This document shows positions 39,036 to 49,304 of a stretch of 64,000 bases of DNA, in pieces. Within the stretch, counting starts at the first letter, position 1; every line of letters starts with the position of its first letter. The notes below the pieces were generated by a model. That model saw only the letters and a list, made by a program, of their open reading frames with translations, made no database searches and was not told the DNA's origin. The translations under genes and the position numbers were made by a program. The stretch comes from Paraspadella gotoi (lineage: Eukaryota > Animalia > Chaetognatha). The stretch covers positions 8,980,120-9,044,119 of the forward strand of contig CM119271.1 in assembly GCA_051294375.1 (NCBI GenBank), given 5' to 3'.

Positions 39036-40297
39036 ATGTACGGAAGGATGGACCCCGTCACAGCGGAGATCGAGGCCGAGGACGAAGTTCCCCCAGTCGG
39101 TTTCGTTGGAGCCAAGAGGTTGTCATCTCAGGTGAGGCAGGTTTTTTTTTAGGGGGGGGGGTTGCGTCTTGTTTGTAGTATATTTGTTATTTTTACGTGA
39201 TATTGTTTTTGTTTTTTAATTGTTTTTTTGGTCTTTGATTGCCATAAGGAATCAATAATAAACTTCAAATCTTGCCATAATGAGTTTTCTGAAAAACTAA
39301 AATTTGCACTCCGTATCGCTTGGTGAAACTCAGCTCGTCCCATCGGCTTGGACAGCTAAGTACTCGTTCACCAACCGTGAGTTCCGGGTTCAATCCCCTC
39401 ACGGTCACGCTGGTTAAAGTGTGATGGTGTCGGCATAAACACGTCAGCTGTCCGGAGATGCCTCACACCCCAGGCATCACACATGTCCCCCCCCTTGCAA
39501 TAATATAATCCTTTTTTTTCTTCCAACAGTCCTCGTTCACCGGGGAGAAGATCGACCACGAAAAATCTCGTTACCCCAACTGCATCGTGTGGACACCGAT
39601 TCCGCTCCTCACCTGGATTTTTCCCTTTATCGGTCACATGGGCATCGCAATGACGAACGGTATATGTCTCGTCTTGAGTTTTATGTCTCGTATTTTTCAA
39701 TTAAACATCGTTATTTAATTATATTTTAATTTCGGATTTTTGTGTTGCAAAAAACAGGAGTTATCCGCGACTTTGCCGGACCCTACTTCGTGTCCGAAGA
39801 CTCGATGGCGTTCGGGAAACCGACCAAGTACTGGAAGCTCAACCTCGATAAGGTTCCTCATGGCGCCTCTGCCTGGGACAAAGCTGTCATCGAGGCTTCC
39901 AATAAATACAACAAAAGAATGGTAAGTTATTTATTTTAGACATCAAAAAATAGTTTCATTACCCTCATCATGTACAACGTAGTATATGGTTGTTCTTCCT
40001 TTCTCAGCACAACCTGTGTTGCGACAATTGTCATTCCCACGTCGCAACCGCGTTGGACATCATGCAATACGGGAATTCGTCGTCATGGAACATGATCAAA
40101 CTCTGCTTTCTCATGCTGATTTACGGAAGGTGAGGAATTATTCACAAATAAAACGGGGGGGGGAAATATCACGAAGATAACTGGAAAAAAATCATTGTTT
40201 CAGGTATTGCGGTTTCTTGGCCTTCGTGAAAACCTGGCTCCCTCCCTTGATCGTGTACGGACTGATTATCGGACTCGTTATTTACTCTCAAACCTAG
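39036..40297 (+). CDS. TMEM222: Transmembrane protein 222, multi-exon
   Basis: RYPNCIVWTPIPLLTWIFPFIGHMGIA, GVIRDFAGPYFVSEDSMAFGKPTKYW, HNLCCDNCHSHVA. Start codon uncertain (in-frame ATGs near 38976, 39036 and 39048). Confidence 0.94.
39315..39495 (+). mobile_element. Possible tRNA-derived SINE or structured RNA in TMEM222 intron 1
   Basis: GC-richer island in an AT-rich intron, with a Pol III B-box-like GGGTTCAATCCC (~39386-39397) and several inverted repeats. Single copy in this window. Confidence 0.45.
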
Positions 40298-40898
40298 GTG
40301 CATGAGCAGTATGAACGCTATTACTACTACCACGCATAAGACTTGTTTTTCAGCTATAACGTTACATACAAAAAGATCTCAACTTTCTTTCGCGAAAACT
40401 TTTTTTCTAAATCCGCCTACGGCTAAATATTACAACTATATTGAGAGATTTTGATAAACGTTCGACGGTCTCGCCCGTTTACGGTCCATATTTACCAATT
40501 TTTTTCCTGTCCGTCTCGCTTATGTGTGGTATATAATGCATGGTTATCAAAAAAGCTGCCTTGATTTGCGCCTATTTTGAGCTGTGAATTCTAGAAACAT
40601 CGATCCGGCTTCCATACCACATATTGGCAGATTCAGGATTGATACTAGTCCCGCGTTTATTTGCGCGAATTACGAAATTTGTATGTATTTATGTGTATAT
40701 GTATGATTTTTTATGGGATACCAATACCATTCGGCTTTTGCCTCGGCGGTACTAACCCGGTACAATATTCCTTTTTTTCTAACCACGATTGTGATTTTTT
40801 TTTCTTATTTACCCCGAAATGTATTTTCGTTTCGTGTTTTTTTCCGACGCGAAAAGATAAAACAATAAGACAAAACAAAAATCAAACAATAAGAAAAC

Positions 40899-42551
40899 AT
40901 GGCCGGGACTTATTACTTTTCGATCGTGGGCCACAAAGACAATCCTCTCTTCGAGATCGAGTTCTTTCCGCCGACGAAATCCGCGGAACCGAAGAAGGAA
41001 GATCACCGACACCTCAACCAGTTCATCGCCCACGCCTCCCTCGATATGGTCGACGAGCAGATGTGGCTGCAGCCCAACATGTACCTCAAGGTAGAGGGAG
41101 GAGGGGTCAAATTTGAGATTTGCGCTACGAATTAGAACCGAATTAGAATTAAAAAATCAAGTTTTGATCAATTTTCTGCTTCGAAATTAGATCTATGAAA
41201 AATTTTTCCTTTTAATTAGTCGTTTTTTTTTTTTACGCCCCCTCCTATAATTCCAGTCTAACGAGATTTAAGCAATTAACGCTGGGGGCTTATTGAAGAT
41301 TTGAAAAAAGGGGGCTTTGGGAGGGAAACGTCGAACGCGTGCAAAATATGAGGGATATTAGACTCGAGTCTGAAGCGTTGTCCCTTTTATCCCTTTTTTA
41401 ATCGTTCCTCGTTTTTTTAATCCCCTTTTTATCGCTTTCCATTTTTTTTACGGAGTAAAAAAAACCATTATGGCAACAGCCGGGTTGCCTGTGATGCCCA
41501 TTGGGGATGGGGCATCTCACTGTTGGCTTTGGGCTTCCGACCCTCAGTGACGCTCCAGTCACTGGCGCGGTTACCCTAGGACGGTCTCGCTTTGCCAACG
41601 CAGAGGGAAGTCATTAAGACTGTGGATGGAACACTACGCCCTGGATGGTGTGTTCCCCCTCTGAGCAATGGATTTGGCTGACGGATGGTGGACGTGAGGC
41701 GGTGTGAATATACACCACAGGATCCCCGGGCCAAGACATCACTCAGGTTCCTCAAGCCTGAGAGGTGTCTGACAAGACTGTTACCATAGTGGAGAGAGAG
41801 AGAGAGCGCGAGTTGTGGGGGCATAGGCGTTTGTCGTAGCGTACCCCAGGGATAGGCGTTTGTCGTAGCGTACCCAAAGTCGGCAGGGCATAGGCGTTTG
41901 TCGTAGCGTACCCTGAGAAGGTTGCGTGTTCGATAGTAGGGCTCACCACTTATGGCAACAGCCGGGTTGCTGTGATGCCCATTGGGATGGGGCATCTCAC
42001 TGTTGGCTTTGGGGGCTTCCGACCCTCAGTGACGCCTCCAGTCACTGGCGCGGTTACCCTAGGACGGTCTCGCTTTGCCAACGCAGAGGGAAGTCATTAG
42101 GACTGGGATGGAACACTACGCCTGGGATGGTGTGTTCCCCCTCTGAGCCAATGGATTTGGCTGACGGTGGTGGACGTGAGGCGGTGTGAATATACCACCA
42201 CACCATCCCCTTTTTTTTAATAACCATCTTCTCGTTTGAAAATGTTTGCATTGCTTCTTTTATGACACTCTTTTTAACTCCCACGTACCCTCACTCCCCC
42301 GTCTCCAATTTCAGACCGTGGACAAGTTCAACGAATGGTACGTCTCCGCATTTGTCACGGCTGGACGCGTCCGCTTCATCATTCTCCACGACCAAAAGAA
42401 CGAGGACGGCATCAAGAACTTTTTCTCGGAAATGTATGAGACTTACGTCAAACACTCCCTCAACCCCTTCTACGAACACAACACCCCCATCAAAAGCCAG
42501 GCCTTTGAGCGGAAGGCCCAAGCGTGCGGTCGTCGTTATCTCAGTTGTTAA
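40899..42551 (+). CDS. TRAPPC2: Trafficking protein particle complex subunit 2 (sedlin), 2 exons (40899-41090, 42315-42551)
   Basis: [46 protein letters not shown]|[29 protein letters not shown]. Confidence 0.97.
41522..41599 (-). ncRNA. Twister ribozyme (type P5) in the 3' LTR of copy 1
   Basis: Same motif as 42002-42082, except the P4 C-run is two nt shorter and the P3 loop one nt shorter (possible homopolymer errors). Predicted cut between 41573 and 41572. Confidence 0.7.
41820..41913. repeat. Three ~27-bp direct repeats inside the element's internal region
   Basis: (GGC)ATAGGCGTTTGTCGTAGCGTACCC three times. Also present at about 45127-45222. Confidence 0.93.
41916..41948 (-). promoter_or_regulatory. 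Extended primer-binding site complementary to the 3' half of tRNA-Trp
   Basis: The + strand reads AGAAGGTTGCGTGTTCGA-TAGTAGGGCTCACCA. The recalled eukaryotic tRNA-Trp 3' half is AGAAGGTTGCGTGTTCAAATCACGTCGGGGTCACCA. The site abuts the LTR and recurs at about 45225-45257. Confidence 0.78.
42002..42082 (-). ncRNA. Twister self-cleaving ribozyme, circularly permuted type P5, in the 5' LTR of copy 1
   Basis: Minus strand: GUUGGC AAA GCGA GA CCG UCCUAGGG UAA CCGC GC CAGUGAC UGGAGGC GUCACUG AGGG U CGG AA GC CCCC AAA GCCAAC. P5 GUUGGC/GCCAAC, P2 CGC/GCG, P3 7 bp, P4 GGG/CCC, T1 CGG/CCG, T2 GC/GC. Conserved UAA, GA and U-NNN-AA-GC loop are present. Predicted cut between 42056 and 42055. Confidence 0.8.
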
Positions 42552-42900
42552 ACGCCGATGATGCACCTTGGTCCCCTGGTTGTCTCTAGTCTAATTTTTT
42601 TTCCCGTGTGTTGTTAATTTTTTCATTGCTTCTTTCATTTCTACGTTTCTAAATTATCGTTGATTAATCGTTATCGTTTATAAATTGTGCCCATTTTTTT
42701 TTTCCTCGATTATCAGAGAAAGAAATCTTCTAATGACCGTAATTTCTAAGCGAATTCGCCAGTAGAAATCGGCACGCCGTGCCGTGCGGCAGCTCGTTTC
42801 GTTTCCTGCTGCCATTAATTCCGTGGACAAACAGCGTTTTTCTCTTCCATCTCCCATCTCCCGTGTTCGCTCATCTCTCCCTATCCCCTTCCATCCGTAC

Positions 42901-45900
42901 ATGAAAATGTTTATCGAAAACTTGGACGCGTTCAAAACTTGGTTGGCCAAGACTCTGGCGCCGATATGCGACGCCGACCCCGCAGCCCTTGCCAAATATG
43001 TGGTGGCCTTGGTGAAAAAGGACAAACCCCTTGCGGATCTGCGCACCAACTGCCTCGACAATCTCAATGTCTTCTTGCAAGACGAGACGACAGGGTTCGT
43101 GGAACTTCTCTTCGAGACCATGCAGAACAAATCATACATTCCTCCGCCGGAAGCTAAAACGGCGCCGGAGGTAATCCCGGCGCTGGATCTGGGAACGCCG
43201 GCGCCCGCTGCCGCCGCCCCGCCTCCGCCGACAATCGTCGAGGCGAAGAAGGACGTCGACATGCGTCGTGGGCGGAGGGAAGGGGCCGAGGAAAGGCACA
43301 GGAGTGACGTTAGAGGAAGAACGGACAGGAGCGGAGGACGAGGTAAGTCAAGGGACCGAAGTTCACTTTATTAGTCAACTTATAATCACTTGTAATCATT
43401 GTAATCTTTTCAGGCCCACACGGCATTCAATCCCGATCTCGATCTCCCGGCGGCCCCGATCTTCCTGGCGACAGACAACGGTCCCGCAGCCCACGCCTCG
43501 GCGACCGACGACTCGGGCGCGACCGTGACCGAGAACGCGATAGGGACGGGAGAGATCACAGGGACAAGGATCAGGCGGGCAGGGATCAGTCGGTTAGGGA
43601 GCAATCTAACAGGGAAAAGGACGTTTTGCCACCGAGGTTAGGAAATCATTGTGGTTTAACACTTTTTCTGGACTATTTATAAACTCTCCTTTTTTTCCCA
43701 GACACGGACGTGCGCCTCTCCGCGGCCGAGACTTGCGCCAGGATTTGGACCGACGAATGGGATTCGTTGGAGGGCGTCAGAGAGGAGCCTACCGCGGGGG
43801 CAGGGGCGGTGGCCGAGCGCCTTATCGTCGATCCCGGTCGCGCTCTCGCTCGTATTCGCCGGGCGGTCGATCGCGCAGTTATTCTCGGTCTTTGTCGCGG
43901 TCGAGATCGAGATCCCCGTCCCGAGAGCGAGGTAATCGGTAGCTGAATTATGTTTTAATTATAATTTGAAGTATTGATTTGAAATAATCTCTTATACAAC
44001 TTCATCGATAGGGAGGCTAGGTACTCTGGGAATGAATAAACAACAATGTGAGAGAGACTTGATTGAAAGCTTGCAGGGATCTACTATGTCATTATCTTGT
44101 AAACGTGTCGGAGGCCTTAAACTACCAGGGGCAAGATAGTTAATTTATTAAATGAATGGATAATTTTTATATTGGTTGTACCAATTTCATAGGAGGTGGG
44201 ATTATCCTAATAAGTTTACATCGTTTTTTGTAGACTTAATATAAGAAAAGTGGTCTTGTAGTCTTGAAGACACACTTAAAATACAATCTGACAAAACTAA
44301 TTGCTTTCTAATCAAAATACGACCATATGCTAATGAGATTGAAAAGACGTCTCATTGAAAAAAATTCACAAATTACTCAGCGACACGTATATTTTACAGC
44401 CCCAATTCGAAGACGATGCCGAGATTTTGACGAGAAAGGGTTTTGTATGGCGGGAGATTTGTGTCCATTCGATCACGGGTAAGTTCTTCTTTTCATAGTG
44501 GGTGAGATTTTTTGTGCGACCGCTTTACGCTTTATTTGCCTCGATACTTCAGGTTCGATCCCGTCGTCGTGGACGACGTGTCTCTGCCGACGATCATGTC
44601 CGGGAGTTCCACGTCGGCGACCGGGTCTAAAACAACCGTGACCTCTGCCGGGTCGGCCAGCGGAAACAATAGCACCTCCACTTCAGGTGAGAAGCTTAAT
44701 GGTCGCGATTTCTTGAAACTATTTAGTATTTTCTAAAAAATAATTTTTCCTGTAAATTAATATCTTTTATACTATGGCAACAGCCGGGTTGCCTGTGATG
44801 CCCATTGGGATGGGGCATCTCACTGTTGGCTTTGGGGGCTTCCGACCCTCAGTGACGCCTCCAGTCACTGGCGCGGTTACCCTAGGACGGTCTCGCTTTG
44901 CCAACGCAGAGGGAAGTCGTTAGGACTGTGGATGGAACACTACGCTTGGGATGGTGTGTTCCCCCTCTGAGCCAATGGATTTGGCTGAAGGATGGTGGAC
45001 GTGAGGCGGTGTGAATATACCGCCACAGGATCCCCGGGCCAAGACATCACTCAGGTTCCTCAAGCCTGAGAGGTGTCTGACAAGACTGTTACCATAGTGG
45101 GAGAGAGAGAGAGCGCGAGTTGTGGGGGCATAGGCGTTAGTCGTAGCGTACCCCAGGGGCATAGGCGTTTGTCGTAGCGTACCCAAAGTCGGCAGGGCAT
45201 AGGCGTTTGTCGTAGCGTACCCTGAGAAGGTTGCGTGTTCGATAGTAGGGCTCACCACTTATGGCAACAGCCGGGTTGCCTGTGATGCCCATTGGGATGG
45301 AGTATCTCACTGTTGGTTTTGGGGGCTTCCGACCCTCAGTAACGCCTCCAGTCACTGGCGCGGTTACCCTAGGACGGTCTCCCTTTGCCAACGCATAGGG
45401 AAGTCGTTAGGACTGGATGGAACACTATGCTTGGGATGGTGTGTTCCCCCTCTGAGCCAATGGATTTGGCTGAAGGATGGTGGACGTGAGGCGGTGTGAA
45501 TATGCCGCCACAATGCTGTATTTATTTTGATTGTTTAATGTTTTAATATTTTTTTAAAAGAATTTTTGTCATTCGTTTTCTCTCCCCCGTCTTCTTAGTC
45601 CCCGCCGCTGAAGGCTACAACCCCGAGGCCCCGGCCATCGCCCCCTTGCAGCCTTCTATTCCCGGCGCCCCACTTCCCCCTGGCATGCCGACCCAAGCGG
45701 CTCTCCTCGGCGCTCCACCCATGCCGCAAGCTCCGCCAGGAATGATGATCGGGCCTCGACCTCCCTTCGGAGCTCCGCTCAACGGCATGCCTCCTTTGGG
45801 TCCACCGCCCGGATGGGCCGGCCTGCCGCCTCCCACCGGTCCTCCACCGAGCATGATGCCCCCGAGGGGTCCTCCGCCCGCCATGTCCGGGGCTCCGAAC

Positions 45901-48900
45901 GGCTCTGCTTATCCCGGCGGCCCCGCGGGATTCCCGGGACTCGGCGGTTCGTCGTCCGCATTCACAAATCAAAGTTCTCCGTCCGCTGGATCGAACTCTG
46001 CCGCCAATCCACCCCCGCCGGGTATATCGTCGGCCAGTCTCCCAACTTCGACGACGGTGAGAGGAAAATTAAATAATGTTTTTACAAATCATGGCACAGG
46101 CGCAATAAAGTCAATATTTTAGTTTGATCGTGACTTCACTCGTAGGTCAATTTTCGTCAGTTTATTCTGTTTAAACAATTACCTACAAATTAACGATTAT
46201 CTCTCGGCCAAACTTTTCCCCCCCAAAAAATATAATTGTTAATCTCCTATTCCCAACAGTCGCGACAACTCGTCTCCCTGAACGAAAAGCCAGACGCTCG
46301 AGGAGATGACGTCAAATCTTCGACGCCTGCTGTCGAGTACGATCCTGAAGAGCCCGGCGCGCAGATCGCTGAAAGTCAGTACTCGACTTGTGCGGACTTG
46401 TTATTTTCTTCTCTTTTGTCAAAAAAAAAAGTTTTATTTATCCGCTTAATTTTGATCTTCGAATCCGCAGAGGGACGCAACTTATTCTCTCCGCCCCAAA
46501 GTGCTGCGCCACCACTTCCGTCGCAACCTACGCAACCAGTCGGGAAACGGTCAAAGACGAAGCTTGAGTGCAAAAAGGTTTTTGCGCCTTACAGTTGTCT
46601 ATTTCTTTCACAACTATAGTGAAAATTTAATCTTGATTATCGCTTTATCCATTATTTCCTTTTTTTCACAGATACCTCGTGACTATTGCAACCTCACCAA
46701 GCTTTTGGACCATTTTGGAAAGTTCGGCGAAGTTACCAACATCGAAGTCAGCTTTCGGGGCGACCCCGAGGCCGCGCTGATTTCGTACAGGCACCCTCCC
46801 CACGCTCAGGCCGCTTACAGGTTCGGCGTTGTTTGAAGTGATGATGTTGGACATAAACTTTTGCCAAATGTCGGAATGGAAATAAATGTATTTCGTTCGT
46901 GTTTAATTCATAAAAACTTTAATTATGATTAATTACCATTAAACATGATTCGTTATTAATTTGTGTTAAACCTTTTCATCAATGACTGAACGTAGCTATT
47001 TTTTATTTTACTCTCTCTCAGCAATCCAGAGCCACTCTTCAACAATCGCTTCATTAAAATCTTCTGGCACATCGAAATGCCGGCGACGTCGGCCTCCGGT
47101 CAAGGTGACACTTCGGTCACCTCGTCCACCGAGAACCGGGCGCCGAGAGGGCCATTCAAGTTACCCACGCGGGACAAACTCACTTATGTGAAGAAGGGGG
47201 CCGAGGACGGTGAGAATCTTTGGGGACAGATCATTCCCAAAACATAATATTATTTATTTATTATTTATTATTCTTTCACAGACGAATCGAAACCCGGAGA
47301 AACGTCGGATGGAAAGCCGAAGGAATCCCCTACCGGATCGAAACCTGCCAAGTTGACGGCCGAGGATGTCCTGGCGGCGCAAGTAAGTTCCGTCTCTCGG
47401 GCGACTTTTGAATCGAACTGATCATTTCTTCCTTTCTCATTAAGGCCGAAATGCGCAAGACCCTGGAGGCCAAGAAAAACGCGTCTAGGATGAAGACGGA
47501 ATTGCTGCAGAAGAAGCAAGAATTGATGGAGAAACAGATCAAAGAGCAGAAGGTTGCCGTCTGATTTATTATGAAATTGTACTTTAAAACCACCGAATAC
47601 AAATTTAGTCAACGATCTTTGCTTTTAACTTAAAAGGCGTTGATCGAATGCTTGGAAAAGGGCGGCGTTTCGGCGGCGGAAAAGGCCAAGATGCTCACGA
47701 CGGTGAAAGTGATTACGGCGTCCATCGCCAAGTTGAAGAAAGAAGTCGAGATCGCCACCATCGCCGCCGCGCCGAGCAAGGCGGCCGCCTTGATGAAAAA
47801 GGAGGTTAGTCATTTGAAAAGTCAAAATGAAATGCCTATTGTTTTATTTATTATTTAATTTATTTATTTTTTTTTTATTTCCCCAGTCCTTACCAAAAAA
47901 TCCCGAAGAAGCGAAAAAAGTTTTGCTCGACACGGAATTGGATTTGATTTCGGCTCAAAGCGCCGGCGACGACGTCACGACCTCCGAACTCAGGTCTTTG
48001 ACCTTTAACCTTACTCGTTGAATGTAGAGGGTTTTCAGCAGGCAAAAATTGACAAGTTGCATTTTGCACCCAAATTGCAGAAAACGCGTGGCCGAGTTGA
48101 AGCAAGAAGCTTTGAATCTCGGTCTCCTGTCGTCGGTCGGGAGTCGCGGCGGACGATTGTCTTCGTCTCGCGGGGCTGCGAGGGGACGCGGATGGTCCTC
48201 TCGGGGCGCTCACGCTTATTCTTTTATGAGATCGGGTATGGATCGTGTTTGGAAGCGGAAGAGAGATTTGGAGTTTTTCACTTTGTCATCGTTTTCTATT
48301 CTTTTGAAGGCTCGATCCCCGGAATGGGTCGAGGGGCCGGGACGGTGATCAACAAGCTGGATCGGCGTCCGCGCAGCCTCGTCGTCGCCGGATTCGACGC
48401 AGAGGAGAAGGACGAGGTGCTTCTGCATCTGGGGGCCATCGCTCAGGTGGAGAACCACGATTTTCAGGTTGACCCGAGCGGAAAGGCCAAACTCGTCGTC
48501 AGTTTCTTTAATCGAAAATCCGCCGAAGTCGTCGCGGCTCAGGTAAGGAGGGAAGAAAAAGTTATATCATTATTACAACTTACCAGTGATGGACTGATGG
48601 TGCTTAATTAAATAATTGTTTTACTCTGCTTGGTTGACTCTCTTCTGTTTCATTTCTGATATTTAGGGAGCTCGTTACAAAGTTGGTCAACGACCACCAC
48701 TGATCTTAAAGTGGCACACTGGACCTCCGCCTTCGCCGGCGACGCCCACTCTCCCTACGCCGCCGCCAGCGCTCGTCGCTGCCGAACGCGCTTCTTCGGC
48801 TTCAAACGATGGCACGGCGACGCCGCCGAGTAAGCAAACCAAGGTAAGTAGAGCCAGTGCTTACAGGGTCGCACTCGGGCGTGATTTGACGTGGCTTGGC

Positions 48901-49304
48901 GCGACTAGACTCGTCCTTAAAGCTTTTCGTTTCGTCATTTCGTTTCCTTTTTCATTCAAGGATTCGGCAGACGAGGAAGTCGCGGTGGAAGAGGAAGAAG
49001 TGGAGGAAGAGGAGGAAGTTGAAGAGGAGGAGGAAGAAGAGTCAGGCGAGGACGACGACGACGAACCAAACGTAATCATCAACGACGAAGAGTTCGACGA
49101 GTCGCACGAAGTCAGTATCGCTTTTTCGAAATTTTAATAAATATACTTTGTAATATTATTTTATATTATCTTTTATTAATATTATATGTTATCCCCCAGC
49201 ATTTCGAAGGCGTCGAAGACTCGGAAGTAGTCAACGAAGACTTCCTTCTCGGCGAAGAAGAGGAAGAGGACGAGGACGAGCGCGAACGATCGTGGCGACG
49301 TTGA
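42901..49304 (+). CDS. RBM26: RNA-binding protein 26/27 (PWI, RS region, CCCH zinc finger, RRMs), multi-exon
   Basis: MFIENLDAFKTWLAKTLAPICDADPAALAKYVVALVKKDK, RCRDFDEKGFCM.GDLCPFDHG.DPVVVDD, EGYNPEAP, HFGKFG.VTNI, FNNRFIKIFWH, LLDTELDL, C-terminus RSWRR. Confidence 0.94.
44071..44190 (+). repeat. Short dispersed intronic repeat family, copy 2
   Basis: Shares TTGCAGG.ATC.TACTATGT.ATTATCTTG with 50552 and a ~40-bp block with 26545-26587. Confidence 0.75.
44825..44905 (-). ncRNA. Twister ribozyme (type P5), intact copy in the 3' LTR of copy 2
   Basis: Identical to 42002-42082. Predicted cut between 44879 and 44878. Confidence 0.8.
45312..45392 (-). ncRNA. Twister ribozyme copy with substitutions in P2, P3 and P5
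   Basis: GCGA changed to GGGA (P2 mismatch), a G-U wobble in P3 and one mismatch in P5. Core UAA, GA and L4 are intact. Confidence 0.62.

Larger units (their letters stand above)
41469..42202 (-). mobile_element. Complete non-autonomous mini-LTR retroelement (TRIM/retrozyme-like), copy 1. LTRs 41469-41719 and 41951-42202, internal region 41720-41950
   Basis: Two ~250-bp direct repeats with termini TGTGG...GCCATA on the minus strand. Perfect 4-bp TSD CCAT (41465-41468 and 42203-42206). PBS begins TGG two nt after the 5' LTR. No coding capacity. Confidence 0.92.
44773..45512 (-). mobile_element. Complete non-autonomous mini-LTR retroelement, copy 2. LTRs 44773-45027 and 45260-45512
   Basis: Nearly identical to 41469-42202. 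Flanks are ATAC (44769-44772) and ATGC (45513-45516), a 4-bp TSD with one mismatch. Lies in an RBM26 intron. Confidence 0.92.

Noticed and set aside
41820-41913. CRISPR-like array of 27-bp repeats
   Set aside because: Spacers are only about 3-10 bp, the context is a eukaryotic intron, and there are no cas genes.
41916-41948. tRNA-Trp gene
   Set aside because: Only a gapped 3' half with an encoded CCA, directly beside an LTR. This fits a primer-binding site, not a gene.
41469-42202. Hammerhead ribozyme in the LTRs, as in classical retrozymes
   Set aside because: No CUGANGA plus GAAA core on either strand. The twister consensus fits instead.
41398-45391. Short ORFs overlapping the mini-LTR elements (for example 41576-41995 and 44920-45258)
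   Set aside because: Frames are not conserved between near-identical copies, and there are no gag, RT or integrase motifs.
46836-46990. Possible intronic C/D box snoRNA (GTGATGA ... CTGA)
   Set aside because: No terminal stem or recognisable rRNA-complementary guide. The boxes alone are expected by chance.
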